NCBI GenBank assembly: GCA_963774265.1
Contig: CAVZDU010000005.1
Location: 288,001-352,000 of the forward strand
Length of the DNA: 64,000 nucleotides
From: an uncultured Chloroflexia bacterium
GTDB taxonomy: Bacteria > Chloroflexota > Anaerolineae > CG2-30-64-16
Direction: 5' to 3'
Part shown: in pieces, positions 31,600 to 39,222 of the stretch
How positions within the stretch are numbered: position 1 is the first letter of the stretch
Layout: the number at the start of each line of letters is the position of its first letter
Made by a program: the position numbers and the translations under genes
Notes under the pieces: generated by a model
Told to the model about the DNA's origin: nothing
Seen by the model: the letters and a program-made list of their open reading frames with translations, nothing else
The model's database searches: none

Positions 31600-32397
31600 A
31601 TGCCCACGTTGACCATCGACGATGCGATCTCCGCTCGCACGGTGAGCGTTCCCGACGGCGCCACGGTGCTGCAGGCGGTGCGCCTGGCCGGCGCGCATCT
31701 GCCGACCCTGTGCCACTGGGAGGGACTGCCGCCCTACGGCGCGTGCCGGCTCTGCATGGTGGAGGTGGCGGCGGAAGGTTCCTCCCGGCCGCAGGTGGTT
31801 GCCGCGTGCACGCATCCCGCGGCCGAGGGCCTCCAGGTGCGGACCCAAGCGCCCGGGGCTGTGGCCGTTCGTCGGATGATGCTGGAATTCCTGCTGGCGC
31901 GCTGCCCGACGTCCGGCGTGATCCGTGAACTGGCCGCGGAGGCCGGCCTGACTACGTCGCGCTTCGATGGCGCCGACCGCAGCGCGGGCGGCGGCGGCGC
32001 GGCCGGCGAGGGTGAGTTGTGTGTGCTGTGCGGGCTGTGCGTGCGCGTGTGCCGTGACCTAGTGGGCGCGGCGGCCATCGCGTTCACCGGTCGGGGCGCG
32101 GGGCGTGAGGTGGCCGCGCCGTTCCACATCCAGGCCGAGGCCTGCATCGGCTGTGGCGCGTGCGCGGCGGTCTGCCCGACCGGCGCGGTCAAAATCGAGG
32201 ATATCGGGGGGCGGCGCCACCTGGTCACCTGGAACACCGTCGTGCCGCTGAAGCCCTGCCCTGGCTGCGGCCAGCCCTTCGCGCCCGAGCCCATGGCCTT
32301 CCTGACCTCCCTGGCTGACGCCAGCGAGCACCTGTGGGGCCTGTGCCCCGCGTGCCGCCGCAAGGCCGCGGCCCAGGCGGCAAGGGCAACCGTGTGA
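31600..32397 (+). CDS. NuoG/HydA N-terminal-like Fe-S subunit without a catalytic domain
   Basis: [2Fe-2S] LC...GACRLC...AC; 2x[4Fe-4S]; C-terminal CPGC...CPAC. Confidence 0.85.
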   Translation: MPTLTIDDAISARTVSVPDGATVLQAVRLAGAHLPTLCHWEGLPPYGACRLCMVEVAAEGSSRPQVVAACTHPAAEGLQVRTQAPGAVAVRRMMLEFLLARCPTSGVIRELAAEAGLTTSRFDGADRSAGGGGAAGEGELCVLCGLCVRVCRDLVGAAAIAFTGRGAGREVAAPFHIQAEACIGCGACAAVCPTGAVKIEDIGGRRHLVTWNTVVPLKPCPGCGQPFAPEPMAFLTSLADASEHLWGLCPACRRKAAAQAARATV

Positions 32398-32402
32398 ATT
32401 GG

Positions 32403-32434
32403 CGGCAGGGGCGACCGGCCGGTCGCCCCTGCCG
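32403..32434. repeat. Perfect 32-bp palindrome, REP-like
   Basis: CGGCAGGGGCGACCGGCCGGTCGCCCCTGCCG; related to the 27214 element. Confidence 0.7.
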
Positions 32435-32493
32435 GAGAGGGTGGATGGGGGGTGACGCATCTGAGTAGATCGCGTATCCCCGTCACACCATAA

Positions 32494-32538
32494 ATCGGGC
32501 GGCTCCACCTGCACCGCATGCAAGAGGAGCCGCCCGAT
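32494..32538 (-). terminator. Hairpin terminator downstream of the primase
   Basis: 13-bp stem ATCGGGCGGCTCC/GGAGCCGCCCGAT. Confidence 0.55.
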
Positions 32539-32561
32539 CTTCAACCTGGAATGGTTCGTCA

Positions 32562-33692
32562 TCACCACGGCGCACTGCCCAGCCCATCCAGGATCCACGC
32601 GGCCACGTCTCCGCCACTCGTGGCCAGGCCATTCGCATCCTTGCCGTAGTAGGGCCGCCAACGCCGGGCATTCGGCAGGACGTCGAGCCAGTAGGCCGCG
32701 GCCTCTTCTCCCGCCTCGTCGTCATCGAAGGCGGCCAGCACAACGCCACAGCTCGCGAGGCGGGTCAGCCAGTGCGGCCGTCGCGCACCGCTCGTGCTTC
32801 CTGTCGCCACCGACGAGATGATCCCGCCCGCGTGCTGCCAGATCGTCAGCGCGTCAAATTCGCCTTCCACCAGGACCACTCCGAAGCCGGGCGCCAGCGT
32901 GTCGACCCGGTACAGCGCATTCGCCGAGCCAGCCGCGGCGACGTATTTCGGATCTTTTTCGGGACGCCGGATACTGACGCGCCACGCGTGGCCGCCCGCG
33001 GCCCACGGGATTGTGATCCCGCGCGGCAGCCAGACCGGCTTGTGATCGTCCCCGAACCCCCACAGGTCGGGCGCCTCACGCCGGTCTTCGGCGTTGTAGC
33101 CCAGGCTGGCATTCATGATCGTCTGCTCGCTCAGGCCGCGGCTGTCGCGCAACCAGGCCCGCGCCTTGGCCCCGGCCGGGTCCCAAAGCCGGTCTGTGCA
33201 CTCCGAGCAGAAGTCAATCGCACGGCCCTGCCAGGCATCCGAGGGCGGCTCCAGCGGATCATATCGCGGCAGAGGGAGAGCCGGCAAGCCGGGAAGGCCG
33301 GTTGAGCCAGTCGCAGCAGGCCGGCGTGGGCCCGCGCGCCGTGCGACCGGCTGCGGCGCGGCCCCTTCCCGGCTCGTGTTCTTTGTGTTCTCAGTGCTCT
33401 CTGTGGCCTTGTGGGGAAATTCGTCTCTCAGTCCCAGCCGGTCGAGCGCGTCGAAAAAGTTCACCCCATGGCGCTGGCGCACATAAGCGATGGCATCGCC
33501 GTTGCGATTGCAGCGGCGGCACCAGAAGCGTCCCTCCGCGGGCCATACGCGGAACCGATCGGAACCCTGCTTCTCCGCGCCGCCGCAGAACGGGCACGGT
33601 CCGGCCCATTCGCCGCCGCGGGTCGCGGCAACTTTCTTGAGCCGTACATCCGCGCCGGTCAGGGAGAGCAGGTCAACGGAGGTGGTATCCAT
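32562..33692 (-). CDS. Phage/plasmid-type DNA primase (Zn finger + TOPRIM)
   Basis: GPCPFCGG...FWCRRC; LVEGEFDAL, AFDDDEAG, KDAN. Confidence 0.85.
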   Translation of the reverse strand: MDTTSVDLLSLTGADVRLKKVAATRGGEWAGPCPFCGGAEKQGSDRFRVWPAEGRFWCRRCNRNGDAIAYVRQRHGVNFFDALDRLGLRDEFPHKATESTENTKNTSREGAAPQPVARRAGPRRPAATGSTGLPGLPALPLPRYDPLEPPSDAWQGRAIDFCSECTDRLWDPAGAKARAWLRDSRGLSEQTIMNASLGYNAEDRREAPDLWGFGDDHKPVWLPRGITIPWAAGGHAWRVSIRRPEKDPKYVAAAGSANALYRVDTLAPGFGVVLVEGEFDALTIWQHAGGIISSVATGSTSGARRPHWLTRLASCGVVLAAFDDDEAGEEAAAYWLDVLPNARRWRPYYGKDANGLATSGGDVAAWILDGLGSAPW

Positions 33693-33725
33693 CAGCCAGC
33701 TTTCCTCACTTTCACTCTCTCACTC

Positions 33726-33777
33726 CACTCTCTCTCCTCTCTACCCCCTTATAGGGGGGTAGAGAGGAGAGAGAGTG
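33726..33777. repeat. 23-bp perfect inverted repeat with flanking TGAGAGT repeats; putative replication origin
   Basis: CACTCTCTCTCCTCTCTACCCCC-TTATAG-GGGGGTAGAGAGGAGAGAGAGTG. Confidence 0.7.
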
Positions 33778-33801
33778 CACTTTCGTGACTGTCATGAGAG
33801 T

Positions 33802-35097
33802 TCACTGAGAGTCGTGAGAGTTCACGCGTGCCTCGCCCGCATCTGTAAGGTGGTACGGATCGCCGCGTTCGTTTTGCCGCACGTACCCGTCGCGCAGCAG
33901 GGCGCTGAGCGATCGGTAAAGCGTTGCGCCTTTCAAGCCAGTTAACTCAGAGATGACAGCCGACTTTGCGCCGGCCGTCGTGAAGGTCTCCTGGTTAAGG
34001 ACCTCCAAGATCTTGCGGCGGCTGAGGGTCAGCGCTTCCGTCATCAGGACGCGCTCGCTCGCCTCGAGGACACAGCTCGTTTCGGGCTGCCCATCCTCGC
34101 CTGCGCGGCCGGTTTCCACCGGCAGCAAGCGCAGAGTTCGCGGGCTAAAGGGGACCGAGTCTTTCGATTTCTCGCAGCTCAGGGTGATCAGTCCGTCGTC
34201 GTTGCTCAGACCGATCATTTGATCGCACGCGGCGCGCAGGGCCGAGCTGCCGCGCTCCAACGCGCCCGTCTTTCCCGTGTGGTGCACGATCAGGATGGTC
34301 GCGCCCGTGGCCACCCTGACCTCGTCGCACGCGGCCACGAAGAGGCCCATGTCCCTGGCGCTGTTTTCGTCGCCGCCGATCATGCAGCGGGCCAACGTGT
34401 CGATGACCAAGAGGGCCGGGCGCAAGGGTGCGATCAGGCTGATGATCGCATTCACTTCGGCCGGGTCCAGCATGTTGACGGCCTGCGGCACGAAGAAAAG
34501 CTCGCCCGCGCGGAGCCGGTGGTGTTTGCACCAGGCGAGCTTGCGTGACGCGAGGCCCACCGCGCCTTCCCCGGCGATATAGACCACGGGCGAGGACTGG
34601 GCCGTGCGCGCGGCGTAGTCCAGGGCCGCGAAGGTTTTGCCCGCGCCCGATGCGCCATAGAGGGACACCAGGCTCTCCGTGGGGATCTCGTGGTTCGCGT
34701 CCAGGTGGCGCACCGGAGGCAGGCTGTCCAGGGCATCCGCGGGCAGCAGGCGCAGGCCGGTCGCCCGGGGTTCGTTTCCCGCGATCAACCGCCCCAGGTT
34801 GGGGTCCGCCGCGACGAGGGCGCGGAACGCGGTGCGCACCCCTGGTGGGCCCCCGTCCATGTGCGCCTCGGCCAGGGCCGCGTAGGTTTCGGACCACGGC
34901 CCCAGCTCGTCCGGCTTGACACCGTTAGGCGGCTCACCGTTCAGCAGGGCCTGGATGGCAGCCCGTGCGGCAATGGCGGCCGGCGGCCGGCCTTCATCCG
35001 CGCGGTGGCGTCCTGCGATCCCGCCGGCATCCCGAGCCGGCCCTTTCTCCCACGATCTACTCACTTCGCTTGCCGGCATATCGTCCATCCTCACCAT
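33802..35097 (-). CDS. AAA_25/RepA-type (RecA-fold) helicase with C-terminal wHTH
   Basis: GASGAGKT, YIAGEG, LLVIDTLAR, IVHHTGK, RGSSAL, KSKD. Confidence 0.85.
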   Translation of the reverse strand: MVRMDDMPASEVSRSWEKGPARDAGGIAGRHRADEGRPPAAIAARAAIQALLNGEPPNGVKPDELGPWSETYAALAEAHMDGGPPGVRTAFRALVAADPNLGRLIAGNEPRATGLRLLPADALDSLPPVRHLDANHEIPTESLVSLYGASGAGKTFAALDYAARTAQSSPVVYIAGEGAVGLASRKLAWCKHHRLRAGELFFVPQAVNMLDPAEVNAIISLIAPLRPALLVIDTLARCMIGGDENSARDMGLFVAACDEVRVATGATILIVHHTGKTGALERGSSALRAACDQMIGLSNDDGLITLSCEKSKDSVPFSPRTLRLLPVETGRAGEDGQPETSCVLEASERVLMTEALTLSRRKILEVLNQETFTTAGAKSAVISELTGLKGATLYRSLSALLRDGYVRQNERGDPYHLTDAGEARVNSHDSQ

Positions 35098-35123
35098 CGA
35101 CCAACACGTTGAACGGATAATCT

Positions 35124-35171
35124 AAACGCTTGTTCTATAGCCACTATGACACGACGCGGGGGCGAGGTCAA
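35124..35171 (-). promoter_or_regulatory. Promoter with a LexA-like SOS box at the predicted start site
   Basis: TTGACC-17-CATAGT (extended TG), then AGAAC-AAGC-GTTT at 35136-35124. Confidence 0.55.
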
Positions 35172-35213
35172 GGGGTTTGGGAGGTCAATTTGGGTCGAAA
35201 ATGCCGGTTGAAG

Positions 35214-35246
35214 ACTGTACACTTATGAACTCTGTACAGTTATAAT
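35214..35246 (+). promoter_or_regulatory. Palindromic operator and -10 box of a probable leaderless transcript
   Basis: ACTGTACA-N11-TGTACAGT directly followed by TATAAT; ATG 7 nt later with no RBS. Confidence 0.6.
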
Positions 35247-35253
35247 ATCTCTG

Positions 35254-36300
35254 ATGGTCTTACCCAGCGAAACGCCCGGCCCAGCGGCTGACCCGACAGC
35301 AGGCACGAAGTCGGTCAGCATCATCATGAAGACCTGGAACGCGCTCCCGCACGTCCGGCTGTGTGTGCGCACCCTGCTGAACAACAGCGATGGGTCGTTC
35401 GAGTTGATCGTGATCGACAACGGCTCGCGACCGGAAATGGTGAGCTTCCTACGCGGCCTGGCCCAGGAAGATGGCCGCGTGCGCCTGGTGGAGAATCGGG
35501 CGAACGTCGGGCCGGGGGCCGCGAACCGGCAGGGGGTGGCGCTGGCCCGGGGTGACCTGGTCTGCCTGATCGACAGCGACGTGCTGGTGCCCCGAGGTTG
35601 GCTGTCGCGGCTGGTCGCCGAGTTCGAGCGGCATCCCCGCGTCAAGCTGCTGGCCCCTCTGGGCCATAACCCCAGCGTGGGCCACCCCTTCGGGCCGGAG
35701 GACAGTGCGACTGAGTGGTTTGGGGTCAAACAAGACCACCCTCGGCTGTCACCACTACACCAGTTCCACGCGTATTCCCGGGGGTTGAGCATCGACGAGT
35801 TTGACGAGCTGATGTGCAGCAGCAACGCGGGGCCGTTGCGTCCCCAGGCCTGCCCGCCGGATTTCATCGGCACCGCCTGCGCACTGCTGGACAAGCAGTT
35901 TGTCGCCGAGGCCGGCGGCGTGGCCGATCCACGGTTCGTGGGGTACGGCAGCGAAGATGTAGACCTGTGTTGGCGCATCGGCGAGCACGATGGACAGGTG
36001 GCCCGGACCGGGGCCGTCTACGTGCATCACTTTTACAATGCCAGCCTGGCCGATAACGCGGCCGATCCCGGCCCTGCGTTGCGGGCTGGCAACAACATCC
36101 TATACGCCAAATGGCAGGCCAGGTTGATCGAGTTGTGCCGGGCGGAGCTGACGCGGGGTGGCTCGCTGCGCGATTACCTGACCAGCCACTTCATCTTTCA
36201 GCCGCTGGCGCGCGACACATCGTTCCTGGCCGACCTGGCCGCGGCGACCGGGCGGACGGACATCCCGGACCAGGTCGTCTGGCGGCCTGAGGGGGTATGA
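35254..36300 (+). CDS. Glycosyltransferase family 2
   Basis: SIIMKTWN, VIDNGS, LIDSD, GYGSEDVDLCWR. Confidence 0.85.
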   Translation: MVLPSETPGPAADPTAGTKSVSIIMKTWNALPHVRLCVRTLLNNSDGSFELIVIDNGSRPEMVSFLRGLAQEDGRVRLVENRANVGPGAANRQGVALARGDLVCLIDSDVLVPRGWLSRLVAEFERHPRVKLLAPLGHNPSVGHPFGPEDSATEWFGVKQDHPRLSPLHQFHAYSRGLSIDEFDELMCSSNAGPLRPQACPPDFIGTACALLDKQFVAEAGGVADPRFVGYGSEDVDLCWRIGEHDGQVARTGAVYVHHFYNASLADNAADPGPALRAGNNILYAKWQARLIELCRAELTRGGSLRDYLTSHFIFQPLARDTSFLADLAAATGRTDIPDQVVWRPEGV

Positions 36301-36374
36301 GCGGGGGGAGGTTCTTGTGGGACAACTGCTGGAAGATGGCCGCATGGGGTGGGTGAAGGCCGTGGTGATGAACG

Positions 36375-37481
36375 TTGGTTGAGCAGGCGTCAGGGATCCT
36401 GAAACGCGACCGCAATCGCGGCGGCAGTGCGACCCTCATCAACGCGGTCCAGGGGGCGGCTGCAGACGTGTTGGTGTCGTCGCGCCTGTTGCAGGCGTAT
36501 GCCCTGGTGGAAGGCGCCACGGTGACGGGGCCGGTCCACCAGGGCCGCGAGGGCTGCGAGCTGGCAGAGGTGGAGACCATCTGCGGCGTGACGCCCGAGG
36601 CGTATCGCTCCCGCACGCCCTTCGAGAAACTCGTCGCCATCGATCCGGTCGAACGCTTCGACCTGGGCGCGAGCGGCGACATAGCGATGCGCGCGGTAGA
36701 CCTGTTGGCGCCCATCGGTCGGGGCACACGGGGCCTGATTGTGGCGCCGCCCAAGGCGGGCAAGACGACGATGCTGGAGGGTATCGCCCGCGCCATCCGG
36801 CTGGAGCGGCCGGCCGCGCGCATCGTGGTGCTGCTGATCGACGAGCGGCCGGAGGAGCTGACCTACTTCCGGCGCACGGTGGCGGCCGAAGTGTTCGCCA
36901 GCTCGAGCGACCAGGAGCCGGCGCAGCACATCGCGCTGGCCGAGCTGCTGCTGGCGCATATCCGGGTGGAGCTGGAGTGCGGCAACGACATTGTGGTGTT
37001 GCTGGACAGCCTGACACGGCTGGCCCGCGCGTTCAACCTGGGCAGCCGCGGCACGGGGCGCAGTCTGTCGGGCGGGATGGACGCCAGCGCGCTGGTGATC
37101 CCCCGGCGTTTCTTCGGCCTGGCGCGCAACGTGGAGCACGGCGGTTCGGTCACGCTGCTGGCCACCGCGCTGATCGACACCGGCTCGCGCATGGACCAGC
37201 TCATCTACGAGGAGTTCAAGAGCACCGGCAACAGCGAGATCGTGCTGGACCGGGGCCTGGCCCAGGAGCAGATCTTCCCGGCCATCGACGTACACCGCAC
37301 CGGCACCCGCAAGGAGGAGCACCTGTACAGCGCGGCCGAGATGGCGGGGTTGGCCCGGCTGCGCCGCGATCTGGCCTCCTACCCGCCCGCGCAGGCAATG
37401 ACACGGCTGTTGCGGTTCCTCGCGCGATACCCCACCAACGCCGCGCTGTTGGAGCGGCTGCAGCGGCCTGGCCGCGGGTGA
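36375..37481 (+). CDS. rho: Transcription termination factor Rho, short form
   Basis: APPKAGKT, LIDERPEE, LDSLTRLARA, GRSLSGG, TGSRMD...EEFKSTGN. Confidence 0.9.
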   Translation: MVEQASGILKRDRNRGGSATLINAVQGAAADVLVSSRLLQAYALVEGATVTGPVHQGREGCELAEVETICGVTPEAYRSRTPFEKLVAIDPVERFDLGASGDIAMRAVDLLAPIGRGTRGLIVAPPKAGKTTMLEGIARAIRLERPAARIVVLLIDERPEELTYFRRTVAAEVFASSSDQEPAQHIALAELLLAHIRVELECGNDIVVLLDSLTRLARAFNLGSRGTGRSLSGGMDASALVIPRRFFGLARNVEHGGSVTLLATALIDTGSRMDQLIYEEFKSTGNSEIVLDRGLAQEQIFPAIDVHRTGTRKEEHLYSAAEMAGLARLRRDLASYPPAQAMTRLLRFLARYPTNAALLERLQRPGRG

Positions 37482-37553
37482 GCCGGCTGACCTGCTGACT
37501 TCAGTTGCTCGGGGCAGTCCGGTGTGACGGAAGTCGGTACTGGCTGGCCCGAC

Positions 37554-38012
37554 CTATTTTCCCGCCAACTCCTTCCGCACCCATGCCAGGGCATCGCCTG
37601 GCATGCCGATGCGGAGACCCGAACGTTGGGCCACCTGCGGATCATCCACAAAGTGCCGGCGATTGAGGGTGACCAGAAAGTCCGTCTTGACCTGCATGGC
37701 TGCGGCCAGGATTGGTGCGTCGGCTTCATGGCTGATCAGGTTGCGGGCGACCAGCACCTCGGCCAGAGTGGGATCCTTGATGATGCGAATGTGGCTGGCG
37801 CGCAGCGCTTGCCGGAAGAAAGGCAGGGCCGCGGCTGCCCGTCGTGCCAGGGCACGCTCGGTCTCCACAATCACCTGTTCGGAAACGGTGATCACCACCA
37901 CCCTCGCCTCTGCCAACTGCAACAAAACACGCCCCGCGCCCGTGCTTGACGCGACGCCTGCGAAAAGCGCACTGGAGTCGAAGAAGAGGTCAGGTTTAGC
38001 TGTTTGGGGCAT
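37554..38012 (-). CDS. PIN-domain toxin (VapC-like)
   Basis: FFDSSAL, DAPILAAA, LVTLNRRHF. Confidence 0.85.
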   Translation of the reverse strand: MPQTAKPDLFFDSSALFAGVASSTGAGRVLLQLAEARVVVITVSEQVIVETERALARRAAAALPFFRQALRASHIRIIKDPTLAEVLVARNLISHEADAPILAAAMQVKTDFLVTLNRRHFVDDPQVAQRSGLRIGMPGDALAWVRKELAGK

Positions 38013-38280
38013 CGGCGTAATGGTCGTGATAGTAGCTTTCGCGTTCCTCGTTCAGAGTCAGGAGCACATCCTCCACGCTGACGCCGGCCTCCTGGAGGAT
38101 TTCGCTCACCTTATCGCCCAGCGCGGCCACTTTCGAAATCTTGGGAGTCAGTGTGAATGCACCATCGCCCAACTCGACCAGGGTAAACACATCACCTGGT
38201 CGCAGGCCATACTTGCGCCGCAAGCTGATCGGCAGCGTGATCACGCCTTTGTCACGTAATTGGACGGTTGCTTCGCTCAT
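37996..38280 (-). CDS. AbrB/MazE-type antitoxin
   Basis: KGVITLPISLRRKYGLRPGD; overlaps the PIN gene. Confidence 0.85.
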   Translation of the reverse strand: MSEATVQLRDKGVITLPISLRRKYGLRPGDVFTLVELGDGAFTLTPKISKVAALGDKVSEILQEAGVSVEDVLLTLNEERESYYHDHYADAPNS

Positions 38281-38540
38281 CGTGTAACCCTCAATGCGGC
38301 AGAACTTCTGCTTTTCTTCCTGAATGAGTATAGCACCCATGGTGAATCGAGGTCAAGCAGGAAGTTAGAGCGGGATAGCAATAAGTTGGCAGTCAAAACT
38401 CAACCCACAGAGATACCTCCTGTGCTTAGGTGAGAATTCAGGTTCCACCTTATTGGCTGCCCTGGCACCACCGCTTTCGCTCAAAACACTGGTGGCCCGT
38501 GTCATGTCAGAAAGTGAGGTGCCGCAAGGGCTTTTGCTAC

Positions 38541-38586
38541 TTGACAAAGCGCCAAAATGGCCTTATATATGAGTATATGCACATGA
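38541..38586 (+). promoter_or_regulatory. Sigma70 promoter with SmtB/ArsR operator
   Basis: TTGACA...TATATA overlapping ATATGA-GTATATGC-ACAT. Confidence 0.65.
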
Positions 38587-38629
38587 GTTCAGGCGTAGAA
38601 CGCGAGACTGGGTCGTGCCCAGGACGACC

Positions 38630-39004
38630 ATGAACGAAGCACACACCCAGCCCCCGGCTGGCACATCCGGTGCGACTGCCGCGCCGGCAGGGCCTATCGC
38701 ACCGCCTGCGGCGGTGCCTGTGGCGGTCGCGGTGGCGCAACGGCTGGCAAGCGTGTTCAAATCACTAAGCGATCCAACCCGCCTGCGCATCATCTCGTTG
38801 CTGGCCGAGCGGGAGCTCTGTGTGACGGACCTGGTTGCGACACTGGAGATGGAGCAGTCCACTATCTCGCATCAGCTCCGCGACATGCGCAATTTGGGAC
38901 TGGTGAGCTTCCGCCGCGAGGGGCGCTACATCTTCTATCGTCTTGACGATCCGCACGTGCGGAGTTTGTTCGAGCAAGGCCTGGAGCACATCCAGGAACA
39001 GTAG
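38630..39004 (+). CDS. ArsR/SmtB metalloregulator with alpha5 Zn/Co site
   Basis: LSDPTRLRII, ELCVTDL, SHQLR; DxH-x10-Hx2E (DPH...HIQE). Confidence 0.9.
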   Translation: MNEAHTQPPAGTSGATAAPAGPIAPPAAVPVAVAVAQRLASVFKSLSDPTRLRIISLLAERELCVTDLVATLEMEQSTISHQLRDMRNLGLVSFRREGRYIFYRLDDPHVRSLFEQGLEHIQEQ

Positions 39005-39047
39005 TCGAAGGGTGGTCGTCGTCGATCGCCCTTCTCTTAGGATCAAA

Positions 39048-39069
39048 TATATGAACGATCACTCATATA
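39048..39069. promoter_or_regulatory. SmtB/ArsR operator
   Basis: Perfect 7-8-7 palindrome TATATGA-ACGATCAC-TCATATA. Confidence 0.75.
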
Positions 39070-39079
39070 CGGATACCGT

Positions 39080-39156
39080 TTCATGGGCGCCACCGTGCTC
39101 ACCGGCCGCGGGACCATGCGGGTCACCGCACCGGCTCGCAGACCGAGCTCGGCCAG
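39080..39156 (+). pseudogene. P-type ATPase actuator-domain remnant
   Basis: Translates (with one indel) FMGATVLTGRGTMRVT.TGSQTELGQ; compare FMGTSVRSGTARAVIVQTGKATAFGQ in this window's MgtA. Confidence 0.6.
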
Positions 39157-39222
39157 AGACGCCACCGATTTCGAACCGCAGGCGGGTCTGCCGTCATGCT
39201 TACACATCAACAGGAGCACACC

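Noticed and set aside
32562-38280. Prophage or ICE spanning primase to VapBC
   Set aside because: No integrase, structural or conjugation genes, tRNA target or att repeats were found by eye.
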